From assembly GCF_000026545.1 (NCBI RefSeq), contig NC_011601.1: a DNA stretch of 64,000 nt, one strand, 5' to 3'. Of this stretch, positions 1-17,219 are shown piece after piece; the stretch's first letter is position 1; each line of letters opens with the position of its first letter. The notes beneath the pieces are model-generated. The model worked only from the letters and a program-made list of their open reading frames with translations, was not told the origin of the DNA and made no database searches. Origin of the DNA: Escherichia coli O127:H6 str. E2348/69 (GTDB taxonomy: Bacteria > Pseudomonadota > Gammaproteobacteria > Enterobacterales > Enterobacteriaceae). Made by a program: the position numbers and the translations under genes.

Positions 1-204
1 GGCTACCAGGGCCAGGCGACCGATATCGAAATTCATGCCCGTGAAATTCTGAAAGTTAAAGGGCGCATGAATGAACTTATGGCGCTTCATACGGGTCAAT
101 CATTAGAACAGATTGAACGTGATACCGAGCGCGATCGCTTCCTTTCCGCCCCTGAAGCGGTGGAATACGGTCTGGTCGACTCGATTCTGACCCATCGTAA
201 TTGA
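1..204 (+). CDS. clpP: ATP-dependent Clp protease proteolytic subunit ClpP, C-terminal fragment (5' end outside window)
   Basis: Frame 1 translates to ...[67 protein letters not shown], the ClpP C-terminus; directly upstream of clpX as in the clpPX operon. Confidence 0.9.
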   Translation, partial: GYQGQATDIEIHAREILKVKGRMNELMALHTGQSLEQIERDTERDRFLSAPEAVEYGLVDSILTHRN

Positions 205-329
205 TGCCAGAGGCGCAACTGTGCCGCTATACTTATCCAGGGCGGCACAACGCTGTAAGCGGCTTGCGCCTGAGAATGGCATTTGCGTCGTCGTGTGCGG
301 CACAAAGAACAAAGAAGAGGTTTTGACCC

Positions 330-1604
330 ATGACAGATAAACGCAAAGATGGCTCAGGCAAATTGCTGTATTGCTCTTTTTGCGGCAAAAGCCAGCATGA
401 AGTGCGCAAGCTGATTGCCGGTCCATCCGTGTATATCTGCGACGAATGTGTTGATTTATGTAACGACATCATTCGCGAAGAGATTAAAGAAGTTGCACCG
501 CATCGTGAACGCAGTGCGCTACCGACGCCGCATGAAATTCGCAACCACCTGGACGATTACGTTATCGGTCAGGAACAGGCGAAAAAAGTGCTGGCGGTCG
601 CGGTATACAACCACTACAAACGTCTGCGCAACGGAGATACCAGCAATGGCGTCGAGTTGGGCAAAAGTAACATTCTGCTGATCGGTCCGACCGGTTCCGG
701 TAAAACGCTGCTGGCCGAAACGCTGGCGCGCCTGCTGGACGTTCCGTTCACCATGGCTGACGCAACCACGCTGACCGAAGCCGGTTATGTGGGCGAAGAC
801 GTTGAAAACATCATTCAGAAGCTGTTGCAGAAGTGCGATTACGACGTACAGAAAGCGCAGCGCGGGATTGTCTACATCGATGAAATCGACAAGATTTCTC
901 GTAAGTCAGACAACCCGTCCATTACCCGAGACGTTTCCGGTGAAGGCGTACAGCAGGCACTGTTGAAACTGATCGAAGGTACGGTAGCTGCTGTTCCGCC
1001 GCAAGGTGGGCGTAAACATCCGCAACAGGAATTCTTGCAGGTTGATACCTCTAAGATCCTGTTTATCTGTGGCGGTGCGTTTGCCGGTCTGGATAAAGTG
1101 ATTTCCCATCGTGTAGAAACCGGTTCCGGCATTGGTTTTGGCGCGACGGTAAAAGCGAAGTCCGACAAAGCAAGCGAAGGCGAGCTGCTGGCGCAGGTTG
1201 AACCGGAAGATCTGATCAAGTTTGGTCTGATCCCTGAGTTCATTGGTCGTCTGCCGGTTGTCGCAACGTTGAATGAACTGAGCGAAGAAGCTCTGATTCA
1301 GATCCTCAAAGAGCCGAAAAACGCCCTGACCAAGCAGTATCAGGCGCTGTTTAATCTGGAAGGCGTGGATCTGGAATTCCGTGACGAGGCGCTGGATGCT
1401 ATCGCTAAGAAAGCGATGGCGCGTAAAACCGGTGCCCGTGGCCTGCGTTCTATCGTAGAAGCCGCACTGCTCGATACCATGTACGATCTGCCGTCCATGG
1501 AAGATGTCGAAAAAGTGGTTATCGACGAGTCGGTAATTGATGGTCAAAGCAAACCGTTGCTGATTTATGGTAAGCCGGAAGCGCAACAGGCATCTGGTGA
1601 ATAA
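330..1604 (+). CDS. clpX: ATP-dependent Clp protease ATP-binding subunit ClpX
   Basis: 424-aa ORF; N-terminal C4 zinc-binding motif (CSFCGK...CDEC), Walker A GPTGSGKT; matches ClpX throughout. Confidence 0.98.
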
Positions 1605-1636
1605 TTAACCATTTCCATACAATTAGTTAACCAAAA

Positions 1637-1668
1637 AAGGGGGGATTTTATCTCCCCTTTAATTTTTC
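1637..1668 (+). terminator. Putative intrinsic terminator downstream of clpX
   Basis: G-rich/C-rich inverted repeat (aagggggga...tctcccctt) followed by a T-rich tract immediately after the clpX stop. Confidence 0.5.
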
Positions 1669-1682
1669 CTCTATTCTCGGCG

Positions 1683-1709
1683 TTGAATGTGGGGGAAACA
1701 TCCCCATAT
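1683..1709 (+). promoter_or_regulatory. Putative sigma-32 heat-shock promoter of lon
   Basis: TTGAA (-35-like) and CCCCATAT (-10, sigma-32 consensus CCCCATnT) at appropriate spacing upstream of lon; lon is a known heat-shock gene. Confidence 0.6.
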
Positions 1710-1792
1710 ACTGACGTACATGTTAATAGATGGCGTGAAGCACAGTCGTGTCATCTGATTACCTGGCGGAAATTAAACTAAGAGAGAGCTCT

Positions 1793-4147
1793 ATGAATCC
1801 TGAGCGTTCTGAACGCATTGAAATCCCCGTATTGCCGCTGCGCGATGTGGTGGTTTATCCGCACATGGTCATCCCCTTATTTGTCGGGCGGGAAAAATCC
1901 ATCCGTTGTCTGGAAGCGGCGATGGACCATGATAAAAAAATTATGCTGGTCGCGCAGAAAGAAGCTTCAACGGATGAGCCAGGTGTAAACGATCTTTTCA
2001 CCGTCGGGACCGTGGCCTCTATATTGCAGATGCTGAAACTGCCTGACGGCACCGTCAAAGTGCTGGTCGAGGGGTTACAGCGCGCGCGTATTTCTGCGCT
2101 CTCTGACAATGGCGAACACTTTTCTGCGAAGGCGGAGTATCTGGAGTCGCCGACCATTGATGAGCGGGAACAGGAAGTGCTGGTGCGTACTGCAATCAGC
2201 CAGTTCGAAGGCTACATCAAGCTGAACAAAAAAATCCCACCAGAAGTGCTGACGTCGCTGAATAGCATCGACGACCCGGCGCGTCTGGCGGATACCATTG
2301 CTGCACATATGCCGCTGAAACTGGCTGACAAACAGTCCGTTCTGGAGATGTCCGACGTTAACGAACGTCTGGAATATCTGATGGCAATGATGGAATCGGA
2401 AATCGATCTGCTGCAGGTTGAGAAACGCATTCGCAACCGCGTTAAAAAGCAGATGGAGAAATCCCAGCGTGAGTACTATCTGAACGAGCAAATGAAAGCT
2501 ATTCAGAAAGAACTCGGTGAAATGGACGACGCGCCGGACGAAAACGAAGCCCTGAAGCGCAAAATCGACGCGGCGAAGATGCCGAAAGAGGCAAAAGAGA
2601 AAGCGGAAGCAGAGCTGCAGAAGCTGAAAATGATGTCTCCGATGTCGGCAGAAGCGACCGTAGTGCGTGGATATATCGACTGGATGGTACAGGTGCCGTG
2701 GAATGCGCGTAGCAAGGTCAAAAAAGACCTGCGTCAGGCGCAGGAAATCCTTGATACCGACCATTATGGTCTGGAGCGCGTGAAAGATCGTATCCTTGAG
2801 TATCTTGCGGTTCAAAGCCGTGTCAACAAAATCAAGGGACCGATCCTCTGCCTGGTAGGGCCGCCGGGGGTAGGTAAAACCTCCCTGGGTCAGTCCATCG
2901 CCAAAGCCACCGGGCGTAAATATGTCCGTATGGCGCTGGGCGGCGTGCGTGATGAAGCGGAAATCCGTGGTCACCGCCGTACTTACATCGGTTCTATGCC
3001 GGGTAAACTGATCCAGAAAATGGCGAAAGTGGGCGTGAAAAACCCGCTGTTCCTGCTCGATGAGATCGACAAAATGTCTTCTGACATGCGTGGCGATCCG
3101 GCCTCCGCACTGCTTGAAGTGCTGGATCCAGAGCAGAACGTAGCGTTCAGCGACCACTACCTGGAAGTGGATTACGATCTCAGCGACGTAATGTTTGTCG
3201 CGACGTCGAACTCCATGAACATTCCGGCACCGCTGCTGGATCGTATGGAAGTGATTCGCCTCTCCGGTTATACCGAAGATGAAAAACTGAACATCGCCAA
3301 ACGTCACCTGCTGCCGAAGCAGATTGAACGTAATGCACTGAAAAAAGGTGAGCTGACCGTCGACGATAGCGCCATTATCGGCATTATTCGTTACTACACC
3401 CGTGAAGCGGGCGTGCGTGGTCTGGAGCGTGAAATCTCCAAACTGTGTCGCAAAGCGGTTAAGCAGTTACTGCTCGATAAGTCATTAAAACATATCGAAA
3501 TTAACGGCGATAACCTGCATGACTACCTCGGTGTTCAGCGTTTCGACTATGGGCGCGCGGATAACGAAAACCGTGTCGGCCAGGTAACCGGTCTGGCGTG
3601 GACGGAAGTGGGTGGTGACTTGCTGACCATTGAAACCGCGTGCGTTCCGGGGAAAGGTAAACTGACCTATACCGGTTCGCTCGGCGAAGTGATGCAGGAG
3701 TCTATTCAGGCGGCGTTAACGGTGGTTCGTGCGCGTGCGGAAAAACTGGGGATCAACCCTGATTTTTACGAAAAACGTGATATCCACGTCCACGTACCGG
3801 AAGGTGCGACGCCGAAAGATGGTCCGAGTGCCGGTATTGCCATGTGCACCGCGCTGGTTTCTTGCCTGACCGGTAACCCGGTTCGTGCCGATGTGGCAAT
3901 GACCGGTGAGATCACTCTGCGTGGTCAGGTACTGCCGATCGGTGGTTTGAAAGAAAAACTACTGGCAGCGCATCGCGGCGGGATTAAAACAGTGTTAATT
4001 CCGTTCGAAAATAAACGCGATCTGGAAGAGATTCCTGACAACGTAATTGCCGATCTGGACATTCATCCTGTGAAGCGCATTGAGGAAGTTCTGACTCTGG
4101 CGCTACAAAATGAACCGTCTGGCATGCAGGTTGTGACTGCAAAATAG
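1793..4147 (+). CDS. lon: Lon protease (ATP-dependent serine protease La)
   Basis: ORF-track frame 1748..4147; true start taken at the internal [26 protein letters not shown] (ATG 1793), giving 784 aa; Walker [10 protein letters not shown] and catalytic-Ser region PKDGPSAGI present. Confidence 0.97.
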   Translation: MNPERSERIEIPVLPLRDVVVYPHMVIPLFVGREKSIRCLEAAMDHDKKIMLVAQKEASTDEPGVNDLFTVGTVASILQMLKLPDGTVKVLVEGLQRARISALSDNGEHFSAKAEYLESPTIDEREQEVLVRTAISQFEGYIKLNKKIPPEVLTSLNSIDDPARLADTIAAHMPLKLADKQSVLEMSDVNERLEYLMAMMESEIDLLQVEKRIRNRVKKQMEKSQREYYLNEQMKAIQKELGEMDDAPDENEALKRKIDAAKMPKEAKEKAEAELQKLKMMSPMSAEATVVRGYIDWMVQVPWNARSKVKKDLRQAQEILDTDHYGLERVKDRILEYLAVQSRVNKIKGPILCLVGPPGVGKTSLGQSIAKATGRKYVRMALGGVRDEAEIRGHRRTYIGSMPGKLIQKMAKVGVKNPLFLLDEIDKMSSDMRGDPASALLEVLDPEQNVAFSDHYLEVDYDLSDVMFVATSNSMNIPAPLLDRMEVIRLSGYTEDEKLNIAKRHLLPKQIERNALKKGELTVDDSAIIGIIRYYTREAGVRGLEREISKLCRKAVKQLLLDKSLKHIEINGDNLHDYLGVQRFDYGRADNENRVGQVTGLAWTEVGGDLLTIETACVPGKGKLTYTGSLGEVMQESIQAALTVVRARAEKLGINPDFYEKRDIHVHVPEGATPKDGPSAGIAMCTALVSCLTGNPVRADVAMTGEITLRGQVLPIGGLKEKLLAAHRGGIKTVLIPFENKRDLEEIPDNVIADLDIHPVKRIEEVLTLALQNEPSGMQVVTAK

Positions 4148-4179
4148 TGACCTCCCGCAAAATGCACTAATAAAAACAG

Positions 4180-4216
4180 GGCTGGCAGGCTAATTCGGGC
4201 TTGCCAGCCTTTTTTT
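4180..4216 (+). terminator. Intrinsic terminator downstream of lon
   Basis: Inverted repeat ggctggcaggc...gcttgccagcc followed by TTTTTTT. Confidence 0.6.
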
Positions 4217-4355
4217 GTCTCGCTAAGTTAGATGGCGGATCGGGCTTGCCCTTATTAAGGGGTGTTGTAAGGGGATGGCTGGCCTGATATAACTGCTGCG
4301 CGTTCGTACCTTGAAGGATTCAAGTGCGATATAAATTATAAAGAGGAAGAGAAGA

Positions 4356-4628
4356 GTGAATAAATCTCAATTGATCGACAAGATTGCTGCAGGGGCTGAT
4401 ATCTCTAAAGCTGCGGCTGGCCGTGCGTTAGATGCTATTATTGCTTCCGTAACTGAATCTCTGAAAGAAGGGGATGATGTAGCACTGGTAGGTTTTGGTA
4501 CTTTTGCCGTCAAAGAGCGTGCTGCCCGTACTGGCCGCAACCCGCAGACCGGTAAAGAGATCACCATCGCTGCTGCTAAAGTACCGAGCTTCCGTGCAGG
4601 TAAAGCACTGAAAGACGCGGTAAACTAA
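4356..4628 (+). CDS. hupB: DNA-binding protein HU-beta
   Basis: 90-aa [93 protein letters not shown], matching HU-beta. Confidence 0.97.
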
Positions 4629-4663
4629 GCGTTGTCCCCAGTGGGGATGTGACGAAGTTCAAG

Positions 4664-4690
4664 GGCGCATCTACTGATGTGCCTTTTTTA
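4664..4690 (+). terminator. Putative intrinsic terminator downstream of hupB
   Basis: Hairpin ggcgcatc-tact-gatgtgcc followed by TTTTTT. Confidence 0.5.
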
Positions 4691-4819
4691 TTTGTATTCG
4701 GTGACTTTCTGCGTCTTGTGGGCTGACAATTGCCCCCGTTTCTTGTCACAATAGGCCTTTGCGCGCATCGATACGTTGCGTGAGGTACACAGTCATCTAC
4801 AGCGGAGTGTTGTTACACC

Positions 4820-7265
<2,446 letters not shown>

Positions 7266-7318
7266 TGACCTCTGTACTTATAACAGTTCTTATAACAACA
7301 ACGTAAGGTTATTGCGCT

Positions 7319-7717
7319 ATGCAAACACAAATCAAAGTTCGTGGATATCATCTCGACGTTTACCAGCACGTAAACAACGCCCGCTACCTTGAATTTCTCG
7401 AAGAAGCCCGCTGGCATGGGTTGGAAAATAGCGACAGTTTTCACTGGATGACGGCCCATAACATCGCCTTCGTCGTGGTCAATATCAATATTAACTATCG
7501 CCGCCCGGCGGTATTAAGCGACCTGTTAACCATTACCAGTCAGTTGCAGCAATTAAACGGTAAAAGTGGCATCTTAAGCCAGATCATTACACTGGAGCCG
7601 GAAGGACAGGTGGTAGCGGATGCGCTTATTACGTTTGTTTGTATTGATCTTAAAACGCAGAAAGCATTAGCTCTGGAAGGGGAATTGCGCGAAAAGCTGG
7701 AGCAGATGGTTAAGTAA
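7319..7717 (+). CDS. fadM: Long-chain acyl-CoA thioesterase III (hot-dog fold)
   Basis: 132-aa ORF MQTQIKVRGYHLDVYQHVNNARYLEFLEEARW..., matches FadM/YbaW. Confidence 0.93.
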   Translation: MQTQIKVRGYHLDVYQHVNNARYLEFLEEARWHGLENSDSFHWMTAHNIAFVVVNININYRRPAVLSDLLTITSQLQQLNGKSGILSQIITLEPEGQVVADALITFVCIDLKTQKALALEGELREKLEQMVK

Positions 7718-7729
7718 ACGTTTTGTGGT

Positions 7730-7754
7730 GCCGGATGCTCAAGCCGCATCCGGC
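7730..7754. repeat. REP-like palindrome between convergent fadM and queC (probable bidirectional terminator)
   Basis: gccggatgc-tcaagcc-gcatccggc perfect inverted repeat with the GCCGGATG core typical of REP elements. Confidence 0.5.
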
Positions 7755-7768
7755 GACACCCGGAATAA

Positions 7769-8464
7769 TTACTTCAACCCGGTTTTCTGCTTTATCGCTG
7801 CCATCACCGTCGGTTTATCGGCCAGATAATGATTCAAACCGTTGGCACGTAAATTACACGCCGCACAATGACCGCAACCGTCGCCTTTAATGCCGTTATA
7901 ACAGGTCAGCGTTTCGTTACGGACTAAATCCAGCTTGCCGTAATAATCTGCCAGCGCCCAGGTTTCCGCTTTATCAATCCACATCAGCGGCGTTTCAAAA
8001 CGAATATCTTTCGCCATGCCCAAACTGACGGCATGGTTTAGTGCTTTCACAAACTCATCGCGGCAATCCGGGTAGCCGGAGAAATCCGTTTCGCAGACGC
8101 CGGTAATTACGGCTTCTGCTTTTACCTGATACGCATATATTGCCGCCAGCGTCAGGAACAAAATATTACGCCCTGGGACAAACGTATTCGGGATACCATC
8201 GGCTTCAGGTTCATAATCAGGCACCGGAATGCTGTCACGCGTCAGGCTGCTGACCGCCAGCTCGTTGAGCAGCGTTACATCAAGCACCTTATGCGCGCGT
8301 GCCCCCAGTTTCAGCGCTAGTTCGCGTGCCACGTCGATTTCTGCGCGATGGCGTTGACCGTAATCGAACGTCACGCAATGGACTTCATCATATTGTTGTA
8401 ATGCCTGCACCAGACAGGTGGTGGAATCCTGGCCTCCACTGAACACAACGACAGCACGTTTCAT
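7769..8464 (-). CDS. queC: 7-cyano-7-deazaguanine synthase QueC
   Basis: 231-aa ORF with PP-loop motif VVFSGGQDS and C-terminal Zn-binding Cys cluster ([16 protein letters not shown]). Confidence 0.95.
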   Translation of the reverse strand: MKRAVVVFSGGQDSTTCLVQALQQYDEVHCVTFDYGQRHRAEIDVARELALKLGARAHKVLDVTLLNELAVSSLTRDSIPVPDYEPEADGIPNTFVPGRNILFLTLAAIYAYQVKAEAVITGVCETDFSGYPDCRDEFVKALNHAVSLGMAKDIRFETPLMWIDKAETWALADYYGKLDLVRNETLTCYNGIKGDGCGHCAACNLRANGLNHYLADKPTVMAAIKQKTGLK

Positions 8465-8528
8465 AGATAATCCTGCTTGAACAATAAAAGCGTTATGGTA
8501 ACGCCTGCGATTAACCCGGACCAGCTAT

Positions 8529-10229
8529 TCATTGCGACGGCGCGGGAAGCCAGGCTTCGGTAAATTCAAACCAGCCGCGCGGTGTCAGTCGCACACCGTT
8601 CACGCCGGGAGGGGCGCTAATGCGATAGTGATAGTTGAACAGCGGTGTCAGCGTCGCATCTGCCATTAACTGGCTAAAAACCGCTTTCAGGGCATTAAAT
8701 CGGTTTTCCTCATCAGGCATAACTTGCACCGCGTCCAGTGTCGATTGCAAATGTGCATATGCTGGAGCGTCGAAAACATGTGGCCACAGTGGATCGCAAC
8801 GCAGCCATTGCTCCAGGGTATATTCCGGTGCTTCGCCAATTAATCTGTCGCCCATCATGAGGTCTGCGTGTGCCAGTAGGGTCGTGTCGTCCCAGTTTTT
8901 TGCGTTATGAAAAATAATTGTGAGTTCACAGCCTTCCGCTGCCAGTGTCGCCTGTAGGCGTTCTGCCATGGTATGAAGTTCTATCGGTAGGTGATAAACC
9001 AGCGTCAAGGTTTTCGGTAGTTTGACCTCATCCGGTACTTGCCATTGCGGAATAGTCCAGCCTGGCAGTAATGCATGACTGGCGGTGATCAGGTTTTCTC
9101 CGACTTCTAACGTTTGTAATAAACCGGATTGATGAATAATGGAGATCACTTTTCGCGCCTGCCAGAGGGACAGTCGGGGACTTTTGCGCAACGTTAAATA
9201 GCAAAAACCTAAACTGATGCCACTACTGACCTGGCTGACCCGTTGCAGCTCCTCCGGTTTGCCGATGGTGATTTGCACGGGATGCCGACAACTGGTTCCC
9301 AAATCTTTTTCGAAAAGCGGCGGAGTTATCCAGTACTCAACCGCTTTAAGCAGCGGATGACGTAAATGGTAATAATCATGGCTTTCCAGGCGCACCAGCT
9401 CCGCTGTGAATTGTGTTAAGCGAAAAGGACCCGTGCCGATCAGTGGGAATTGCGGATGCGCCAGATGGCTGCAATAGCTCGCCAGCCGGTGAGCAAGCCA
9501 GTAATCAGGGCGATGTAAAAAGAAGGTCAGACACTGCGGATGGGTGACTTCAATACGCTTCACGCTAATGAATAATTGATCCAGTGCTGGCAGTTGTAAC
9601 AGCATCAATAACCGCTGGTGTAAGTGGGAGGCTTTTACTGCATCGCCGTTATGCCAGTGTAGGGTTGAACGAAGATAAAAGTCCCAGCGTAACCCGTCAG
9701 TAGAGGTTTCCCAGTGATGCGCTAAATCGCCAATCGGGCGCTGGGTATTATTATCGAAGCGGGTCAGGCCGGAAAATATCTGTCCGGCGAGATGCTGCTC
9801 GGCACGGCCGGGCAAAAAGCCCGGTTGTAGCGGTTCGAGCGGGCGATAGTAGGGAATACGCAACGTGGGCGTATCGTTTTGCCATTGTCCGCCCATAAAC
9901 GGCTGTAACAGAGTGCGCAGCTCACCTGGGGCCAGTTGCGCCAGCTCCAGCACATCTTGCTGCTTTCCGGTTTCCAGTGCCTGTTCCATCATCGCATTGC
10001 GTAGCGATTCCGGCGTGACCAGAAAGCGCAGTTGTCCGCGCTTTCCGCGTCCTGACTGTGCCTGCCACTCCAGCCATCCCGCCTCCTGTGCCTGACGCAA
10101 CACCGTACGAACATGGCGTTCGCTGCAAAAACAGCGTTCGGCCAGTTCGCTGACGGTGACGGTTTGCGGCTTCCCGGCGGAAGGTTGCCACAGACGTTGA
10201 TACTGGTTAAGACGGTTGAGCAGTCGCAT
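8529..10229 (-). CDS. ybaE: SgrR-family regulator-like protein with solute-binding-protein-like C-terminal domain (YbaE)
   Basis: ORF-track frame 8529..10244 (571 aa); start placed at the second Met (MRLLNRLNQYQRL) to give the 566 aa I recall for YbaE. Start is uncertain by 5 codons. Confidence 0.88.
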   Translation of the reverse strand: MRLLNRLNQYQRLWQPSAGKPQTVTVSELAERCFCSERHVRTVLRQAQEAGWLEWQAQSGRGKRGQLRFLVTPESLRNAMMEQALETGKQQDVLELAQLAPGELRTLLQPFMGGQWQNDTPTLRIPYYRPLEPLQPGFLPGRAEQHLAGQIFSGLTRFDNNTQRPIGDLAHHWETSTDGLRWDFYLRSTLHWHNGDAVKASHLHQRLLMLLQLPALDQLFISVKRIEVTHPQCLTFFLHRPDYWLAHRLASYCSHLAHPQFPLIGTGPFRLTQFTAELVRLESHDYYHLRHPLLKAVEYWITPPLFEKDLGTSCRHPVQITIGKPEELQRVSQVSSGISLGFCYLTLRKSPRLSLWQARKVISIIHQSGLLQTLEVGENLITASHALLPGWTIPQWQVPDEVKLPKTLTLVYHLPIELHTMAERLQATLAAEGCELTIIFHNAKNWDDTTLLAHADLMMGDRLIGEAPEYTLEQWLRCDPLWPHVFDAPAYAHLQSTLDAVQVMPDEENRFNALKAVFSQLMADATLTPLFNYHYRISAPPGVNGVRLTPRGWFEFTEAWLPAPSQ

Positions 10230-10328
10230 ATAAACCCGGAACAATATTATTTAACTATTCACTATTACTTCCGTATATATCAGGTGATACTCAATCACCA
10301 TTAACTGTGTCACAGAGTGGAGAAAGAA

Positions 10329-11147
10329 ATGGCTCGTCTGGCAGCATTTGATATGGATGGCACTTTATTGATGCCTGACCATCATTTAGGTGAGAAAACC
10401 CTCTCTACTTTGGCGCGGCTGCGTGAACGCGACATTACCCTCACTTTTGCCACGGGGCGTCATGCGCTGGAGATGCAGCATATTCTCGGGGCGCTATCGC
10501 TGGATGCATATTTGATTACTGGCAACGGAACGCGCGTGCATTCTCTGGAAGGTGAACTTTTACATCGTGATGATTTACCTGCGGATGTCGCGGAGCTGGT
10601 GCTGTATCAGCAATGGGATACCCGAGCAAGCATGCATATCTTCAATGACGATGGTTGGTTTACCGGGAAAGAGATCCCTGCGTTGTTGCAGGCATTTGTC
10701 TATAGCGGTTTTCGTTATCAGATAATCGATGTCAAAAAAATGCCACTCGGCAGCGTCACCAAGATCTGCTTCTGTGGCGATCACGACGATCTTACACGCT
10801 TGCAGATCCAGCTATACGAAGCATTAGGCGAGCGTGCACATTTATGTTTTTCCGCCACGGATTGCCTCGAAGTGCTGCCGGTGGGCTGCAATAAAGGCGC
10901 TGCATTGACGGTGCTGACCCAACATTTAGGTTTATCGTTACGCGATTGCATGGCCTTTGGTGATGCGATGAACGATCGCGAAATGTTAGGCAGCGTCGGT
11001 AGCGGATTTATTATGGGCAATGCGATGCCGCAACTGCGCGCGGAGCTCCCGCATTTACCGGTGATTGGACATTGCCGAAATCAGGCTGTCTCTCACTATT
11101 TGACGCACTGGCTGGACTATCCACATCTACCTTATTCCCCCGAATAA
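10329..11147 (+). CDS. cof: HAD-superfamily HMP-PP phosphatase Cof
   Basis: ORF-track frame 10317..11147; start at [14 protein letters not shown] gives 272 aa; HAD motif I DMDGT present. Confidence 0.92.
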
Positions 11148-11299
11148 CGAGATCCCTTCCAGCACCGGGCAATTGCCCGGTTTTTTTTGCGTTGAATTTG
11201 TCATTTTGTGCCGTGATGCTTAAACCGCACAGAATAAATTGTCGCGATTTCACCTTTAAAATAGAATTAAAAGAGAAAAAAATTCTCTGTGGAAGGGCT

Positions 11300-11758
11300 A
11301 TGTTAGATAAAATTGACCGTAAGCTGCTGGCCTTGCTACAGCAGGATTGCACCCTCTCTTTGCAGGCACTGGCTGAAGCCGTTAATCTGACAACCACCCC
11401 CTGCTGGAAGCGTCTGAAACGGCTGGAGGACGACGGTATCCTTATCGGCAAAGTCGCCCTGCTGGATCCGGAAAAAATAGGCCTCGGCCTGACCGCCTTT
11501 GTGCTGATAAAAACGCAACATCACAGCAGCGAATGGTATTGCCGCTTTGTCACGGTGGTTACCGAAATGCCAGAAGTGCTGGGGTTCTGGCGCATGGCCG
11601 GTGAATACGATTATCTGATGCGCGTCCAGGTTGCCGACATGAAACGCTACGACGAGTTTTATAAGCGTCTGGTAAACAGTGTACCGGGGCTGTCGGACGT
11701 CACTTCCAGCTTCGCGATGGAACAGATTAAATACACCACTTCTTTACCCATCGAATAA
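11300..11758 (+). CDS. decR: Lrp/AsnC-family transcriptional regulator DecR (YbaO)
   Basis: ORF-track frame 11072..11758 has an implausible N-terminal extension; internal start [43 protein letters not shown] gives 152 aa with an AsnC-type HTH. Confidence 0.9.
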
Positions 11759-11787
11759 ATATCCAGAATCAAGTCAGGACACAACGC

Positions 11788-15334
<3,547 letters not shown>

Positions 15335-15446
15335 ATAGCGCAATATTTCATCGTTGGTGCAAAAATGTAACGCACTGTGCACTGTCATAGTGCGTTTTCA
15401 TTTTCAATCTTCTTAACTTCCTGCTCTCTTTCTCGTTTTTCATTTC

Positions 15447-15462
15447 TGGCACACCGCTTGCA
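15447..15462 (+). promoter_or_regulatory. Sigma-54 (-24/-12) promoter of glnK-amtB
   Basis: TGGCAC-accgc-TTGCA matches the sigma-54 consensus TGGCAC-N5-TTGCA exactly, ~50 bp upstream of glnK; a GCACT...AGTGC dyad further upstream (15386-15398) may be an NtrC site. Confidence 0.75.
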
Positions 15463-15514
15463 ATACCTTCTTCGTGTAGCAGAACCATTACCGAATTCTG
15501 ACCGGAGGGGATCT

Positions 15515-15853
15515 ATGAAGCTGGTGACCGTGATAATCAAACCATTCAAGCTGGAAGACGTTCGTGAAGCGTTATCTTCCATTGGTATTCAGGGCCTGAC
15601 CGTCACCGAAGTGAAAGGTTTCGGGCGTCAGAAAGGGCATGCCGAGCTGTACCGGGGGGCGGAATACAGCGTCAACTTCCTGCCAAAAGTAAAAATTGAT
15701 GTGGCGATTGCTGATGACCAACTCGATGAAGTGATCGATATCGTCAGCAAAGCGGCTTACACCGGAAAAATTGGCGACGGCAAAATCTTCGTCGCTGAAT
15801 TGCAACGCGTCATTCGTATTCGTACCGGCGAAGCCGATGAAGCGGCGCTGTAA
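15515..15853 (+). CDS. glnK: Nitrogen regulatory protein PII-2 GlnK
   Basis: ORF-track frame 15377..15853; start at MKLVTVIIKPFKLEDVREAL gives 112 aa; T-loop with Tyr51 (RGAEYSV) present. Confidence 0.96.
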   Translation: MKLVTVIIKPFKLEDVREALSSIGIQGLTVTEVKGFGRQKGHAELYRGAEYSVNFLPKVKIDVAIADDQLDEVIDIVSKAAYTGKIGDGKIFVAELQRVIRIRTGEADEAAL

Positions 15854-15882
15854 TCTCTGGCACACAGCAACAGGAACGAAAA

Positions 15883-17169
15883 ATGAAGATAGCAACGATA
15901 AAAACTGGGCTTACTTCACTGGCGATGCTGCCGGGACTGGTAATGGCTGCACCTGCGGTGGCCGATAAAGCCGACAATGCGTTTATGATGATTTGTACTG
16001 CGCTGGTGCTGTTTATGACTATTCCGGGGATTGCCCTGTTTTACGGTGGGTTGATTCGCGGCAAAAACGTGCTGTCGATGCTGACGCAGGTGACGGTGAC
16101 GTTTGCACTGGTCTGTATTCTCTGGGTGGTTTACGGTTACTCGCTGGCGTTTGGTGAGGGAAACAACTTCTTCGGCAACATTAACTGGTTGATGCTGAAA
16201 AACATCGAACTGACGGCGGTGATGGGCAGCATTTATCAGTATATCCACGTAGCGTTTCAGGGATCGTTTGCCTGCATTACCGTAGGCTTGATAGTTGGAG
16301 CACTGGCGGAACGAATCCGCTTCTCAGCTGTGTTGATTTTCGTGGTGGTATGGCTGACGCTCTCCTACATTCCGATTGCGCATATGGTCTGGGGCGGCGG
16401 TTTGCTGGCTTCTCACGGTGCACTGGATTTCGCGGGTGGCACGGTGGTGCACATTAACGCCGCAATCGCCGGTCTGGTGGGCGCGTATCTGATAGGCAAA
16501 CGCGTGGGCTTCGGCAAAGAGGCGTTTAAACCGCACAACCTGCCGATGGTCTTCACCGGGACTGCCATTCTCTATATCGGTTGGTTTGGCTTTAACGCCG
16601 GGTCAGCGGGCACGGCGAATGAAATCGCAGCACTGGCATTTGTGAATACTGTGGTCGCAACGGCGGCAGCAATTCTTGGCTGGATCTTCGGTGAATGGAC
16701 GCTGCGCGGTAAGCCTTCACTGCTGGGAGCGTGTTCTGGCGCGATTGCCGGTCTGGTCGGCGTGACGCCAGCGTGTGGCTACATTGGTGTTGGCGGCGCG
16801 TTGATTATCGGCGTGGTAGCTGGTCTGGCGGGCTTGTGGGGCGTTACCATGCTCAAACGCTTGCTGCGGGTGGATGATCCCTGCGATGTCTTCGGTGTGC
16901 ACGGTGTTTGTGGCATTGTCGGCTGTATCATGACCGGGATTTTTGCCGCCAGTTCGCTGGGCGGCGTGGGCTTCGCTGAAGGTGTGACGATGGGCCATCA
17001 GTTGCTGGTACAGCTGGAAAGCATCGCCATTACGATCGTCTGGTCCGGTGTGGTGGCGTTTATTGGCTACAAACTGGCGGATCTGACGGTTGGTCTGCGT
17101 GTACCGGAAGAACAGGAGCGAGAAGGGTTGGACGTCAACAGCCACGGCGAAAATGCCTATAACGCGTAA
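15883..17169 (+). CDS. amtB: Ammonium transporter AmtB
   Basis: 428-aa polytopic membrane ORF with signal peptide, matches AmtB; 29 bp downstream of glnK (glnK-amtB operon). Confidence 0.97.
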   Translation: MKIATIKTGLTSLAMLPGLVMAAPAVADKADNAFMMICTALVLFMTIPGIALFYGGLIRGKNVLSMLTQVTVTFALVCILWVVYGYSLAFGEGNNFFGNINWLMLKNIELTAVMGSIYQYIHVAFQGSFACITVGLIVGALAERIRFSAVLIFVVVWLTLSYIPIAHMVWGGGLLASHGALDFAGGTVVHINAAIAGLVGAYLIGKRVGFGKEAFKPHNLPMVFTGTAILYIGWFGFNAGSAGTANEIAALAFVNTVVATAAAILGWIFGEWTLRGKPSLLGACSGAIAGLVGVTPACGYIGVGGALIIGVVAGLAGLWGVTMLKRLLRVDDPCDVFGVHGVCGIVGCIMTGIFAASSLGGVGFAEGVTMGHQLLVQLESIAITIVWSGVVAFIGYKLADLTVGLRVPEEQEREGLDVNSHGENAYNA

Positions 17170-17180
17170 TAAGCACTGCA

Positions 17181-17219
17181 AAAAACAGCCGGACGGTTTT
17201 CACCTCCGGCTATTTTTTT
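17181..17219. terminator. Putative bidirectional terminator between convergent amtB and tesB
   Basis: A-run, inverted repeat agccgga...tccggct, then T-run. Confidence 0.5.

Noticed and set aside
906-1586. 226-aa minus-strand ORF inside clpX
   Set aside because: Antisense to clpX with no ribosome-binding context or recognisable domain.
1748-1792. N-terminal extensions in the ORF track (lon from 1748, glnK from 15377, decR from 11072, tesB to 18162, apt from 35835, adk from 41592, ybaQ from 52464, acrA to 30132, hha to 25032)
   Set aside because: The extended N-termini do not match the known proteins; internal start codons give the established lengths, so starts were trimmed.
2075-3307. 410-aa minus-strand ORF inside lon
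   Set aside because: Entirely antisense to the highly conserved lon coding sequence; no recognisable motifs; typical spurious long ORF in GC-rich coding DNA.
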